Of a stretch of 64,000 bases of DNA, positions 1 to 13,980 are shown piece after piece. Numbering within the stretch: position 1 is the stretch's first letter; every line of letters begins with the position of its first letter. The DNA is from Vicugna vicugna (lineage: Eukaryota). The stretch lies in contig MU058482.1 in NCBI GenBank assembly GCA_013265495.1, forward strand, positions 220,962 through 284,961, read 5' to 3'. Made by a program: the position numbers and the translations under genes. The notes beneath the pieces were generated by a model, which saw only the letters and a list, made by a program, of their open reading frames with translations, searched no databases and was not told the DNA's origin.

Positions 1-449
1 GTAAACAGTGTAACAAGTGTTTTGTCGTAACAACTTAGTAACTGAAAAATGAAAAGCACAAATTAAAAGAAAAAGAATTTCTTATTTCATTCTTCGGTAG
101 CCACAGTTAGTCATTGATGACCTGTGTAAGCCTGTCGAGCACAGCACAGCTCCTCAAACCTGGGAATCACGATTGGACGCTTCCATTCTCCTTTCTATTC
201 CAAATTGATTTTTGTGCTTCTTGTCACAGCAACTGCCAAAAACTCGGCTTCACAAAGATGTGCATATGTTGAATGGAATCTGTCATAATCTGATGTTGAC
301 ACCGCCATCTATATTAAAGCTTGTAATTCATGTTGTGTTCTGATGTTGAGGGTTGCTGTTTCCCTTGAATATTTAAGGTAACCCGGAGCACCCTTGTGAG
401 TTTGTAGTCATGCCTTGTTTGAGAACTGTGACCGCAGACTACATGTACA

Positions 450-1420
450 CATTTACTGATTCAACCAATTTATGGAAAACCTACTATGTCCTAGACACTG
501 TGCCAGACCCTGAGTGAGCAGGGTGAAAACAAAGTCATACCCTCACTCCCATGGACAATCTAGTGGGGATGTAGATAGTAAATACAAAATGATCTGTATC
601 TGATTACAAATTGTGATAAATGCAGCGAAGGAAAAAAGGGGCACTATCAAAGAGAGTAGCAGGGTGCCTGTGTTTGATGTAGTGATATTTAAGCTGCAGT
701 CTGAAGGAAGGGCAAGAGTTCAGGGGGCAGACTTTTTTTAAAAAGCTATCAAGTAGCGGGGACAAACGCTGAAAGCCTTGAACTGGGAAGAAGCTTGACA
801 AGTTTATAATGTTGAAAAAAACCTGGTATGGTTGGACTGAATCAAAGGGGAATGCTGCAGGAGGAGGTTGGAAAGGAAAGCAGGGGCCAGAGCTCCTAGC
901 ACTTGCAGGCTTGAGTGGGAGTTTGGGTTTTATTGTTAACGCAGTAGGAAGCATTCAGGAGTTTTAAGCAGAGAAGTCACTTGATCAGATTTTAGAGGAT
1001 CACCCTGGAGGGGAGCAAGTGTTGAAGTGGATCTCTGCTGCAGTAGTCCAAGTGAGAGAGTGGTGGATTGGACTAGGTTGATGACACTGGAGAGAGAGAA
1101 AAGGGTGATTTTTAAGGCCTATTTTGGAAGTGGGATGGATTAGGCATTCAGAGTAAAGGAGGAAAAGGTGTTAATGTCTTGGCTTTTGACTTGTGCCACT
1201 TATGGAGGTGTGGAAGCCTGGGACAGAATCAGGTTGGGGGAAAAGATCACATTCCATTTTGATGTACGTCTAAGGTGCCTTTTACACATCAAAATGGAAA
1301 TGAGGAACAGACAAACGGACAAACGGATCTGGAGCTTAGAGGAGCATCTGGGCCAGAGGTGCAAACTTGGGAGTGTTGCCATTTGGAGGGATAGTTCTTC
1401 CCTGGTCGTCACACAGCTGA
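450..1420 (-). mobile_element. Degenerate LINE-2 fragment(s)
   Basis: Antisense L2 3'-end-like text (attcaaccaatttatggaaaacctactatgtcctagacactgtgc) followed by purine-rich L2-like body; boundaries approximate. Confidence 0.6.
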
Positions 1421-2057
1421 TGAATAATACATATACATTTTGTAGTTTTGTTGTTCTTTAATGGACTTACTCCTTGATTTTTTTTCCCATGGTGAAAAAC
1501 TGGCTCTATCTTCCTATTCTCCCATCACATAATTTTATCTATATCATTTTCTCTGAATCCTTCTTTTCCCTGGTGGCAGGCTGCTATTTATTATACACAT
1601 TAATAATGAGACTAGTGAGAGTTAAGGCGACTGTGTTCTCCTTATTCCTGGCTCTCTCTCTTCTTGTGGATTGCCTCCAGGAAAGAGGAAGACACTTAAC
1701 CACTATGAGATGGAAAATCTATGACTTTTCTACTTCCCAACAACTGAAATTTCCCTGCTTTAACTGGATCTCACTCAAAAAAGAAGCATAGGGCATAGGC
1801 CTTGAGTTACTATGGGTCTTGCCTAACCTTTTATAAACCCTTTTTTCTCTGTAATAGAGTAAGGTATTAGCCTCAACCATGCAGCAGCTGGCAAGAATCT
1901 GATCTGAAGATTTTCCAAGAGGCCATGGAAATCAGTAACCCTATACAAGAGAGCATCATACAGGATCTACATTCCTTATGGATTAACTGGCAGTTGAAAC
2001 AGCTATGGAATTCTTTTAGAGCAAGTGTTTCTTCTTTCACTTGGATCCTTTTTTTAG

Positions 2058-2213
<156 letters not shown>

Positions 2214-2785
2214 TAGGGAAAGCTTTTCAGAGATCATGCCGTATTTTGGTCCTTTTATTCAGAATTCTCTTCCCCTGTAAGACATGGGTAAGGAAAGGAT
2301 GTCTTATGGTCATAGTGACCATATGTCTCCCTTTAAGGTAATTGTTCAATTTCTTTTTTCTTTGATTCCTAAGGTTTTACTTTTGTATCGGGTTATATTA
2401 ATTGGCAAGTATGGATTGACACTGCTGTTACTTGTGAGTCATTTTAGTTGGAGCATCTAATGGGTTCTGCTGTAGTCATTCCTAAACCTGATGTTAACTA
2501 TATCTTCAGTAACTGAGAAAAGAGCATGTTTTATCTGTAGAGGGTGCCAACCTAGGAATTCTAGGTACATCTTGTGTCAGTACCGAAATACCACATAATC
2601 CCTTTTTTCTTCTTGAAACTACTCTCAGTGGCTGTTACAGGGCCTTTGGGGGACCTTCTGTATTTTTGCTCCATTTTACTACTGGTTCCTAATTCACCTT
2701 ATAAATAGGAATAATATTTGTATTCTCCTTTCCTAATTTCTCTACCTAAACTTGAGCCTAATACCGTGATTCATGTCTCCTTTAG

Positions 2786-3070
<285 letters not shown>

Positions 3071-3372
3071 TGATCCAAAAGTCTTATATGTGTGGGAAGT
3101 TTTCTTCTCAACATCAGTTTTTTACTATTCCAGAGCATGGAGAAGGTGTGATTCTTAATTACTCAGCATGGCCATTTCTATAAAGCACATTTTGGGGCCA
3201 AAAAAGAGAATTATATGCTAATATGCTGCTCCTTCTCTTTTGCCTCTCCTACTCTTCCTTAATCACATCCTGATTCTGCACACAGCTTTGAAACTTAAGT
3301 ATAACAGTCACTATAAAATGGGCACAAAAGCCACTTCCAGTGATCTTCAGTACCACAGCTGGCTAGCACGTC

Positions 3373-3470
3373 TTTTTTTTTTTTTTTCAATGGAGGTACT
3401 GGGAATTGAACCCAGGACCTTGTGCATGCTAAGCATGCACTCTACCACTGAGCTATACCCCTCCGCCCCC
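3373..3470 (-). mobile_element. tRNA-Ala-derived SINE (camelid Vic-1-like)
   Basis: Minus strand reads GGGTATAGCTCAGTGGTAGAGTGCATGCTTAGCATGCACAAGGTCCTGGGTTCAATTCCCAG (A and B boxes) plus A tail; three more copies in the window. Confidence 0.9.
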
Positions 3471-3570
3471 AAGTCATCTCATCTTTACTGTCATAGGTTA
3501 CTGTCCCACAACAGTATGACTAGGCCACATGGTTACCTGCCAAGGCCATGTCTGCTGTTAGAAAGTGTAA

Positions 3571-3762
<192 letters not shown>

Positions 3763-6166
3763 ACATCTGGCCTGGACTCTTTTTTTCCTTCCTGGAACAG
3801 CTTCAGATCAATAGGCTTAAAGAAAGAGGTCTTACTTGCTTTGGCTGAGAAAAGCCTCTTTTCAAGGTGTGACGTTTTGCCTTTCCACTTAAAGACCAGG
3901 GGAGAATTTGGGCCCTTACTGACCTGTCCTTCTTCAGGGACGTGAGCATTCCCTATAGATTAGGGCTCTTCTCGTTCTCCTATTTTAATTTCTAAAATGT
4001 TAGGATCAAAGCTGATTGTCAACGGTAGTTCAAAAATAAATTCTTTTATAAACATACATAATCTACTCCCCACCAAGAATTAGTAACAAAGGTCTAGGAC
4101 ATTCTGCTTGAGCACTTGAGATTATTGGGATCTGGCTGGCCTTTGGACCAGAGATCCTCTGTCTGTGGATTTCATTAAGCGTTTTCGCTTGCCATTTCAT
4201 AAGAGTTGTTGAAGGCAGTTCCTTCTCCTTGAACTGCTCAAGGATGCTGAATACTTCTCCACCACCCCATTGCTAGTTTCTCTGTCTTAGAGTAACTACA
4301 GAACTTTTGAGACCATTGGAATTGCTCCTCAACCTATGGCCACTTGCTGTCATTACCTAGAGAAAATATCTTTCCCTGTTCATTTTGTTTTAGGGACCAG
4401 ACCTAACATTGTAGTCAGTGTCTTTCACCAAATAGACTCGTCCTGTTTCTTCACACTCACTTCTTAATGAGACCTATTTTGACTTTGTGCTGTAATCAAG
4501 CCAGTCTGCTTACTGGACATGACATACTTGCTTCCACTTCTCTGCCTTTGCACATGCCCTACTCTCCACTAACATTATACCCAAAGTCCACATTTCCCCC
4601 TTCAGAAAGCCTCCTTTGACTGACCTAGGGACTTCTACACAATTATTGACACAGTATCCCATAGCTTTCACCTGTTGTTTATTCATATGTATATTTATTT
4701 GTATTTATGTTACTTTGTAAATATGTTTTATAGTTGCTTTGTGTGTGGAACCTGTCTCCTCATATAGGTTGTAAGCTCCTTGAGGGCAGGAACCATGTTA
4801 TCCCTCCACTTTTGTAAACTCCTTCCTCCACCATTCCCTCACAGTGCCTAGTGCTACACATGTGATCACTGAATTTGACTGACACACTTAAAGACTGGGG
4901 ACAGTTTTATTTTAGGCTGCAGAGGAAACAAAAGGCCTTAGACACATCTCTCTGTAATTCTATCTCAGTCTCTTCCACCTGCTTACCCTGGATTCTACAT
5001 TGCTCTTCTCCCTCTCCTGTCTCTCCCTTCCCTGGCTCTTTGCCTCCATTCCATGTGGCATACAGGAAGGCTGCCTGCTTCCGAGCAAATAAATGGGTAC
5101 TTCTCCAGCCATTCTCCTTTTCAAGAGCATATGATACTATCCTAGTCCAATTTGCCTTTGCTTCACTCATGCAGCTTCCTGGGTGAGTTGCCGCATCATT
5201 TTGCCCTGATGTCCCATTCTCTTCCACAGCGCTGAGGTCTCGTGAGTTTTTCTCATCTTTTTTGGTTGTTGATGAATTGTTTCATTATTAAATATATGCA
5301 TGTATTCAAGCTGCTCATATTTCATGTGTCATTTTGATCGTATCCCAAACATAAGTAGATATTTTCCTTCTAGGGAATTGTATCAAAGGTATTGGAAGAA
5401 GCCTCCTTGAGATACATTCATTTTCTATGGGGTTCTGCCCTGAGTAGTAGTAGTGATAGTTAACACTGCACCACAGGAAATTGTAAGACATTTGGAGTGT
5501 TGCTTTGATTATGGTTTGGTTTTGATTTTGAAAAATCTTACCTCATTCCAGAAAGGACTGAGGCTGTTCAGTTTGGGGTTGGCCTGCTCCCTCACACCAG
5601 GGACAAAACTAAAGTAAATTACTTTATAATTAAACAGTTTTTCTTTACCAACCAAAAAAATCTTTAGTGATGGCGAGGCATCAGAGCATTGATCAGAGAC
5701 AGCATTCTGCCTGGAGCTGCTGCTTTCAGAGTCATTGAAGAATTCCATTTTGGTATTTTGGAGCCTATCTTTTTGATCCAAATCCCACAGCCAGTTCTAT
5801 GATCCAAACCACTCGTATACTCTATACCTGGGTGTTTCACCAATTTTAAGGGAAGCATGCAAAATAAAAGTATCTGGGCAAATTCATGATCTGTGTTGAT
5901 CATTACTGAGGTTCTGAATGAAATGATCATGAAGGATTAAAGAAAGTGGGTCTCCCACCACCATGTGAAAAATGGTAGTTTTAAGATAATACAGATAACT
6001 GATTGTTTTTTTTTCATTTTTCAGTTTTATTAGAAAGAATTGTTATAATTTGACTACACATATACAATATACTGCACTTTTTTTTTAGTTTACATATATG
6101 TACTGATCATTGTTTCTAAGAACAGTTTAGAGCTTTAGCTTTTTAAATTTACACAGTTATCAAAGG

Positions 6167-6172
6167 AATAAA
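6167..6172 (+). terminator. RAB2B: Probable distal RAB2B polyadenylation signal
   Basis: AATAAA after a U-rich, TGTA-containing stretch about 2.4 kb after the stop; other AATAAA hexamers occur earlier so usage is uncertain. Confidence 0.5.
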
Positions 6173-6481
6173 GCCAACCACAAAATAAGAATCAATGGAA
6201 TGCATAATCCAGGTATTGATTGGTTTTTGAAGACCAGGGCCATTGGAAATCATACTATTTGTAGCAGTCTAAGCCATACTATTTATAGATCAGCAGACAC
6301 ACCTTTTCCCCTTTCTATAATGGGCATAACTGGTTCCTTTCATAGCAGATTTATTTTGTATCAAATAAGCAGAAAGATAATAAGTGCTCATTCTAGAAAC
6401 TATTAATAATTAAGATCATATCTGTATATGCAACCAACACATTGTTCTGGTAAGTTCTAATACTAACATCAAATTTGATAC

Positions 6482-6571
6482 TGAATATAGGTCCCTGTGC
6501 TACACAGTATGAACTTGTTTATCTGTACACCAGAAATTGACACGTTGTAAACTGACTATACTTCAATTTAA

Positions 6572-6600
<29 letters not shown>
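6482..6600 (+). mobile_element. Short 5'-inverted L1 3'-end insertion with (AT)n/T tail
   Basis: 6524-6567 matches the reverse complement of the L1 end at 17992-18106; flanked by near-duplicate AAATTTGATA/AATTTTGATA. Confidence 0.7.
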
Positions 6601-6602
<2 letters not shown>

Positions 6603-7479
6603 TTTTGATATAAAGACAGTGGTAGCCAAGGTAGAATTTGGCCAACAGATTTGTTCAATATACAGGGAAATGTATTTGGCCAAGCCTTAATGACTTCTGT
6701 GATAAAATATTGACTCATGTGACTCAAGATCTCTCAGTTCCTACCATGTGTACCACGCAAATGTTACTCCTTGAGAAATTCTTTTAATGATTTGGAAAGA
6801 CTTCCTTCACTCACGAATTCAAAAATGAAAAACTTCTTGCAGCAAGTTGTAACAGCAGTAGAGATCTAGACTAGAAAACAGGAAAATCTTTATCATTGAG
6901 GGCAGATAATTTTACCTACAATAAAATTATTTCCTTTCCAATTTAAATGTCGTTATTAGAAAATTACCCTCCGGAGCCAATGTTTCTGAGGTTGTCTCCT
7001 ATGCCTTGCGTACAATTTCACCCCTCAGACTTCTATCAAGACTTCTGTTGTTTACTCTATCTGTATTCCCAGGTAGTTTGGGTCTATTGATGAATTTAGG
7101 CCTTTTTTTTTTTTTTCAAGTTGAAATTCTCCCCTAAATCCTGTCCATTTCCAACTGACTGGCAGTACTCTGTGCCGTCAAAGTCAGAACACTGGAAAAC
7201 TTGCAAGTGAAGCATAAGCATTAGAAGCATCTAGAATAGATTCATAACCTATGTTGGTCTCATGCTGATATCCTGAGGAGTGAGCTGTCACTAAAGGATT
7301 ATCCCCAAAACTCGGAAACTCCACTCATTACAAGAATTTATTTTTGCTTCTTTGATTTGGTTATAAGAGTAGGGTGGGGGATGCCTCTAAGCACACTCAG
7401 CATTATTCCACATTTTCTCCGTATCATGACTTAGGGATATTCCGATTATATAAAGGAGAGTGTGTCGGGCCTGGACCAA

Positions 7480-8340
7480 AGTAGCCTGTAGAACGCCAAA
7501 GACGGCTTCAAATTCTTAAACACTCCTTCCTCCTCCGGGTCCCAGGGCACTACTAGCCCGATCCAAGATGGCGTCCCAGAAACAGGTAACTAAATGTTTT
7601 AGCTTAGAGCGCCCCCAACGGCGAGGGTCAAGCAAAGATGCCGAGAGCTCTGTGTACCGAGCGGTCAGAGGCGAGCTACCGCCAGATTTTATTTTCAATC
7701 AGGCATATCTGTGGTTGCCTCAGCCTTCTAGGACCTCCCACCCTCAAGAGACTTCCTGGATGGCACTCACACTACCCTGCTGGGAGAGGCCGGGCGTCGG
7801 CCCTGCCATTGGTGGGTGGGAGCGGAGGTGGGCGGAGCCAAGGGAGAATGGACTACTAGCAAGCTAGATTGAGCCGAGGGCTGGCCATGCTCCGCCGGAA
7901 GGCGCCTTGTTCTCCGAAAGGGTGAGTTTAAACGCTGGCTGGAAAGGAAGCACCAGGACTTGTTCAGGTAGGCTTTCCGCTCACGCCCGCCGCACAGTCC
8001 TGGTCCAGGAGTCTTTGCAAAAGCTGAGGCTCTTAGAATTGGTTTCCGTAACTCATCCTCCTGCTCGCTCCCCCGCCCTTGCCGGTCCCCCAGTTGTCGG
8101 GGATCAGGTGCTGGGTGATGCTCTGGACTGAACCATTCTCCTTTGTGAGAGGCCGGGGGAGAGGGTGGCTGCCGGCCCGCGGCGCCCGAGCCGGGCCGAG
8201 CCGCGTACGGAGCAGCCCCGGCCCCTGTGGAGTTTTTAGGGCTTGTCATTGAGTTACTGGGCATCGTGTAGATTTGAGGCAGCTCCTTGTTCTCCTTGCC
8301 CCTTCAGAGGAGGGAAAACTCCCCGGCTCCGTTTGGTTAC
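7480..8340 (+). promoter_or_regulatory. CHD8: CpG island, distal CHD8 promoter with candidate first exon(s)
   Basis: High GC/CpG; YY1 motif CAAGATGGCG 7564-7573; ETS-type CCGGAAG near 7895; donors CAG|GTAACT after 7585 and AGG|GTGAGT after 7921. Confidence 0.75.
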
Positions 8341-9338
8341 TCCATACTTTGGACTCAAAAGTGGGAGGTTAGGGTTTTTCTTTCTTTCTTTCTTTGCTTG
8401 TTTTTTACATTTTAGTTGTAAGGTGGGTAGGGAAGCATGGAGTGTGCAGATTGTTTTACATTATTAGATGTAATTTCTGTGAGTCTTTGGGAGAGCAGAG
8501 CAGGCTTTGGGAGAGTGTTTAGGGATGGTGGGAAGAGAGGAGCTCAAGCCTTGCATTTCCACTGACAGGTCTGCAGAGCTCCCTGGTTTTCTGTTGCATT
8601 ATGTAAACTCTTCACTGGCAGAAGACCCCTCCCCCTACCTCAGAGCAAATGCAATTTCTTTATTTACCTGTCTCTAGTGTCGCAGGAAATTTCCCTGCCA
8701 TTGCAGCAACCGTGCAGATGCAGCAGCTCCTACTTTTTAAGCAGGAATCCGAAATGATTAAGGTCTTAAAGGAAGAGGTGAATAGTGATGTATAGATGTT
8801 TAGTGGACTAATGTCTTTTCAGTGACTGAGTGTAGTCAGTCAGAAATCGAAGACAGAACTGGATGTCTTTTTCTTTTAAAGAATAGACATAGTGGAACGT
8901 CCCCAAACACCAGAGGAACTGCATTATCTGTGTCTACTGCATCCTACCATCACGCCGGCATCCACAGATTATTTACTCTTCATACTGTTCTGAGTCTGTC
9001 AATTCAGTCCGGGATTCTCTGAATGGGTTATCCTTAGCATCAGGTGAGGTCCTGTCTGGGGTGGGGCACTTTAGATACTAGAAGGTGAGTTTGTGATTGG
9101 AATAATGTTCTCTGTTGATTAGATAATGTCTGCTTAGAAATTTTTGTCTTAGTCACCATAGTCTGTTCTGAATGTGGGGAGCTTCTCATTCTAAGTATTT
9201 TGAATGATCCCAGCCCTTAAAAGAAGTTATGATAAAGAAGACACCATTTTTCATTTAAGAAGACAGGTTGCCAAAGTGGCATACCAGTAGGTCTGCAAGG
9301 CAAGATGAAGGACATTGGATAAAGAGAGGAAAGGGTAG

Positions 9339-9365
9339 GTGTGTGTGTGTGTGTGTGTGTGTGTG
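9339..9365. repeat. (GT)13 microsatellite
   Basis: Direct reading. Confidence 0.95.
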
Positions 9366-12300
9366 AAGAGACAGGCTTAGGGGAAGGTTTAAAACTGAAG
9401 TAGCGAAAGAGGAACGGGTTGGGATAAGGGATTTGGTGGAGCGGTGTATGGGTGCTTGGACAGTTCTCACCTTCTGCATGTTTGATCTATTCCATGCGTC
9501 TGGCCTTTTGAGTGTGTCACTTCCCCAGTTGGCAGAATCCACTTAGACATGGATAGAAAGTGATAGAAATCTGCTGAGCTGGTTGTGAATCATTAGGAAA
9601 CACAGATCTTGTATTTCCTGGGACACCCTTCTCTGCAGTACCCGCTGGGTGATGGGCTGGAAGAATCTTGGCCTCGTGGTAACCACCACTGCAGAGTTTT
9701 GGTTGTAACAGGAAAAAATCGACATTTTATATGAAGGGTCAAGTTTCTGATAGGTAAGGGAGGATGGTGAAGGGGATCAGTCTTTAAAAGAAACCATAAT
9801 ACACATCTCCTTTAAGAAGAGTGAGATTTTTCTGGGCAAAACTACCATTTAAGATTAATTTGTGAGTGCCAAGAACTGTGCTTGCTTACTAAAGAATGAG
9901 ATTTGATATTCTCATCTGTAGAAGGACTAACATTTTCACAGCATTCAGATGAATGCTGAGTGCTTTGAAGATGCTGTTTGTCTACAGCTCTGAAAGGTTT
10001 AAGCTTTATCTTCTGAGCCTAATGCCTGAAAAATAAACAGAAGACAGATATTTTTCTGGACCCTCCACCCTTACCCCTAGAAGTCAGTCTGCTTCTGGAA
10101 TTCCATTTGAGCAGGTCCCTGATCTGCAAGTCTTGGTGCGACCCACCCTTACACTATTGTAACCAACTTAGTATTTCCTATTTTACCTTTAGCATTAGAT
10201 CCATTGATAGACTGTGATTTCATATCTTACTCAGTTGAACTTTTTATATCTCCTCTTTAATTAATTATTCTTTTTCTTACAAATTGGTGGTCTTCCTTTC
10301 ATCCTCCTGTTAGGATTTTGTTCACTTTGCCTTTTGTTTTAATCCACTGACATTGTGCCTTTTTGCATCTGTCTTGTTGAGGCCTTTTAAGAATACAAAG
10401 AGACCCTAATTTTCAAGAAGCAGTTCTTTTGGTACCTAGTACCCAAGTAACAGTTGTATGACCTGTTTACTACTGCCTAAAGGTTTATTTAACCATTTAT
10501 TACACTCTAAATTTTATCCTGGATAACCTCCTCGCTCCCCTGCCCTGTTGTTTTGTGTGTGCACGTGCATAAAGTTGTGATTTAGCTCTTTTTTTGCATT
10601 TTCTGACTAATTCCAATTGCCTTTAAGATTTTCATTGTATTTATATTGCAGAATAAGTCCACTTCTTTGTAGTTATTAGATGTTTTAAACTTAAACTGCA
10701 AAGTGTGTTAGTCTCTGAGATTTCTCATTAAGCTGTTCAGTAGGTAACATTTCTTTTGTCCTTTTTATTATCCATCTCTTTCTGTCCTTCACTAGACTCC
10801 TGGTTGTTTAGTGTCACATGAAGCAAAATGGTCAACTTGAACATATCTTAATTCTTGCCTTTAGATCGCAGCAGGAGACTTTTCAAAATAAAGCACTTTA
10901 TTTCTACCCAGTAATGTGTGTTACATGACAATTAAAAACCCAGCAGGCATAAGCAGAAAGACTGGCATAGATAATTGCTTTACATTCACCTTCAGCAGGG
11001 ATGAATCCAGGAATATATTTCCAAGCAGTGGAGCAGTGTAGGGAATCTAGACTCAGTTCTAGTGTCTTCATGTTCAGATTATCCAAGTATATTCTTATTA
11101 GTTGTTGGAAAACAATTCCCACGACATCGGACTGACTCATATTCAAATAGAAGTACAAAAAAATTTCAAAGACAAACCAAGGATTTTAAACATTCCATAC
11201 TGTTAAGCATCATTTTTAAGAAAAGATTGGCTTTGTCATTGAAAGAAGGAAACATTCCTGATTTTGTTCCCTCAGTACATTTCCAGAGACATTTATTGTC
11301 TGACTTCTTTTTATTTGGTATTTTCAGACTTTATTTCATTTTAAAAAGCTAATTAAATGACATATTACTGCAATTACTATGTAATAATAGGGCTGTGTTT
11401 CTTTCCTTCCCTGCATGTCAGCCCCCTAAATCCAACAGTTCCAATCCTTTTGATAATGCCCAATATTCCAGTAATGACTAGTTCCATACTGACACCTTTT
11501 TGTTTTGGTTTGGTGTGTTGTTCTAAAACTATGTCAGTCACTTTCTGTGAAAGAATATGTATTAACTGAATTTTTAATTTCATCTGAGAGGGAGGATGTT
11601 CAAGACCTGTAAAGTCTTTGGCGTTTCTCAAACTGTCTCTCACAGTCATTATGTACACTTTTAGAATATCCTGCCTCCTTTTTTCTTCCCCTGTGTCTTT
11701 TGGGGATACACTGTATCTTTGGGAATTATTCCTTTGGGACATGGGTCTTCAGAGGTACACGGTCCCAGTGGTGATGAGAATTTTTTTGTTTGGTTCTAAA
11801 AGAAACTAGTGATTTCAGGAGTTTGGCTGCTTGTTTAGAGCCCCAATTATAATAGGATTTTGTAATAGAACATGAAAATCATAGACTATGATAGCCAGCT
11901 ATCAGATATACATCTGTCTAAGTGAACTGAATGGGAAGATTTTTCTGGGTTTTTGTATAGGGGCTATCAAGTTGCATGAACACTGAACTTTCACTCTGTT
12001 CTATTCTTCATTGCTTCTGCTTAGCACCCAGTCATTCTTTGTTTATTTACACAGTCATCCTCCTATAAAGTATAGTGTTTTTCCCCGTTTTTCAGGTATG
12101 CCTTCTGTTAGGGGGACTTTTTGCATGGTGTCTTAAATATATAGCAGTAATAGTCACTTCCATTCACTGCTCTCCTGAAAGTCATAGGAGTCAAAAGTTG
12201 AGGCACCTGGGCCTGGACCTGTGAACTACCAAGGTACAGGCTAGTCAGTTGGAACCGTAAGTTCCTACAGGCAAGCACTGTGAAGTAAATGACACTGGCT

Positions 12301-12609
12301 TCGTTCTCACAAACACAAAAAATGATTAATTGCATTACCAGCTTGCTGCCCGAGATACCAGTGCTGGCTGAAGTCTGTTCGCGGTTTTGAGGTTAAAGGG
12401 TTATACTGCTCTCTCAGCACAGGAGTACTCGTCCTTTCATCCTGCCCAGCAGTCCTGCTATTCTAATTGTGCAACTCCTGCGTGTATTTCAGTATCCCAC
12501 CATTCTGCTTAGCAGATCAGCTCAGCCAGGTCTCTAAGGAGTAATTCTGCTTTGAGAGAAACCTTTAGTGGTACTCTTTTAAATTACTGGACAGGGAATA
12601 ATAAACTCC

Positions 12610-12800
12610 TTTTTATTTGCCTACTATGTGCCAAACATTGTACATCACTTTTAACCTTCAGAATAATCCTGAAAATGTATGTGATGTTAGTGTTGTTTAA
12701 TAGAAGAGGAAAAATAGGACTTAGTGAGGGTAGGTAACTTAACCAGAAGTAGCATTCTGGTCTGTGGGACTTCAAAGCTGGGTTCATTATCATTTCCCTA
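12610..12800 (-). mobile_element. MIR fragment
   Basis: gcctactatgtgccaaacattg...gaggaaaaataggacttagtgagggtaggtaactt resembles antisense MIR core. Confidence 0.6.
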
Positions 12801-13374
12801 CCTTTAAAAGTTCAGTGCTGACTCCTGTAGAACTATCTTTGACCACAACATTAGACAAGGAGGCATTTTGTAGCCTGTTAAAGCTGTACCTTGGCAGTCA
12901 TAGAACCTTGAGAATGTAAAATTTCTTTTTGTATCTGTTTGTCAAAAGGGGGAAGAAAAGAATAATAGTTTCTTTTATTTAACTTTGTAATTTTGAACAT
13001 AAGATTATGTGAAATACTTTAAGCTTTGCAGTGGAAAAATCACTTGGTCATACTTGCAAATAACTCCATTTTTTTAGTCAATGCAAGTCAAACTAGCCCA
13101 CTGAATTTTCATCAGTCCCATGTCACTGGGTCATTTTTTGTGCCTAGGGGCACGAATGTGAAAATAACAGTGTTTCTCCTCCCCCACTACCCATAATTTT
13201 TTAACGTAAATGTTGCAGTGAAAATAATCCCTCATAAATAATTAAGTAAATATATTTTTCTGTTAGGCTGAAAAAAATGTATGTATACTTGGCCCAGTTA
13301 AAGTACGATGTGCTGGGTAGTATGGGAGAGCATAAAGAGGACCAGGACTCTGTTACCTGAATTATATATATTGT

Positions 13375-13537
13375 AAGGGGAGGGTAAAATGGGCAAAGGG
13401 GTCAACTGTATGGTGATGGGTGTAAGGTAAATTTTTGGTAGTGAGCACTCTGTAGTGTGTACAGAAGTAGAGAAATAGTGTTGTACACATGAAACTTACC
13501 TAATGTTATAAACCAGTATTACCTCTGTTAAAAAGAA
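13375..13537 (+). mobile_element. L1 3'-end fragment
   Basis: aaaggggtcaactgtatggtgatgg...tgttgtacacatgaaacttacctaatgttataaaccagtattacctc plus A-rich tail, typical L1 3' UTR. Confidence 0.7.
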
Positions 13538-13980
13538 ATTGTATTTATCATTACTTACACTGGATGTCCAAAAGTGGTATCATACAAGGTGGCTATCGAT
13601 CCAATTAGATATTCTTCATCTGGAACCCAGAATATTATTTTCATCTTGGTGAATATGTGCCAGTGAAGAGACCTTCTCCACATCCAGTCTAACTTGACCT
13701 AAGGGCAGTGATCCTTAAAGATTAGGCTTTTATTTCCTGTCTTCAGACTTAGACCAAAACTCCAGGGTATTACTGGAAAAAAAAAAAATCTACAATGAGG
13801 CTGACTCAAAAATGAATCCATGCCCTATTTTTGAATCATATGGGTATAGTTTCATCCATTCAATTCTTGCCACAGGTTTAAATTGGCCACCACTGAGGCT
13901 TTATGGTCCCAAGCCTAAAGGAGATAACTAAAATTTCATTGCTTTCAATAATGATTATCACACTATAGAAAATAGTCTTT

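Noticed and set aside
7568..7867. 99-aa unspliced ORF starting MASQKQ
   Set aside because: No recognisable protein beyond codon 6, where a splice donor occurs; treated as a micro-exon candidate instead
7767..8264. 165-aa minus-strand ORF in the distal CpG island
   Set aside because: Non-ATG start, no recognisable domain; long ORFs are expected in GC-rich DNA
10860..12540. Possible hidden ncRNA or pseudogene in repeat-poor CHD8 upstream intron
   Set aside because: No snoRNA boxes with stems, homologous ORF or retrocopy hallmarks that I could support; may be enhancer sequence but needs conservation data
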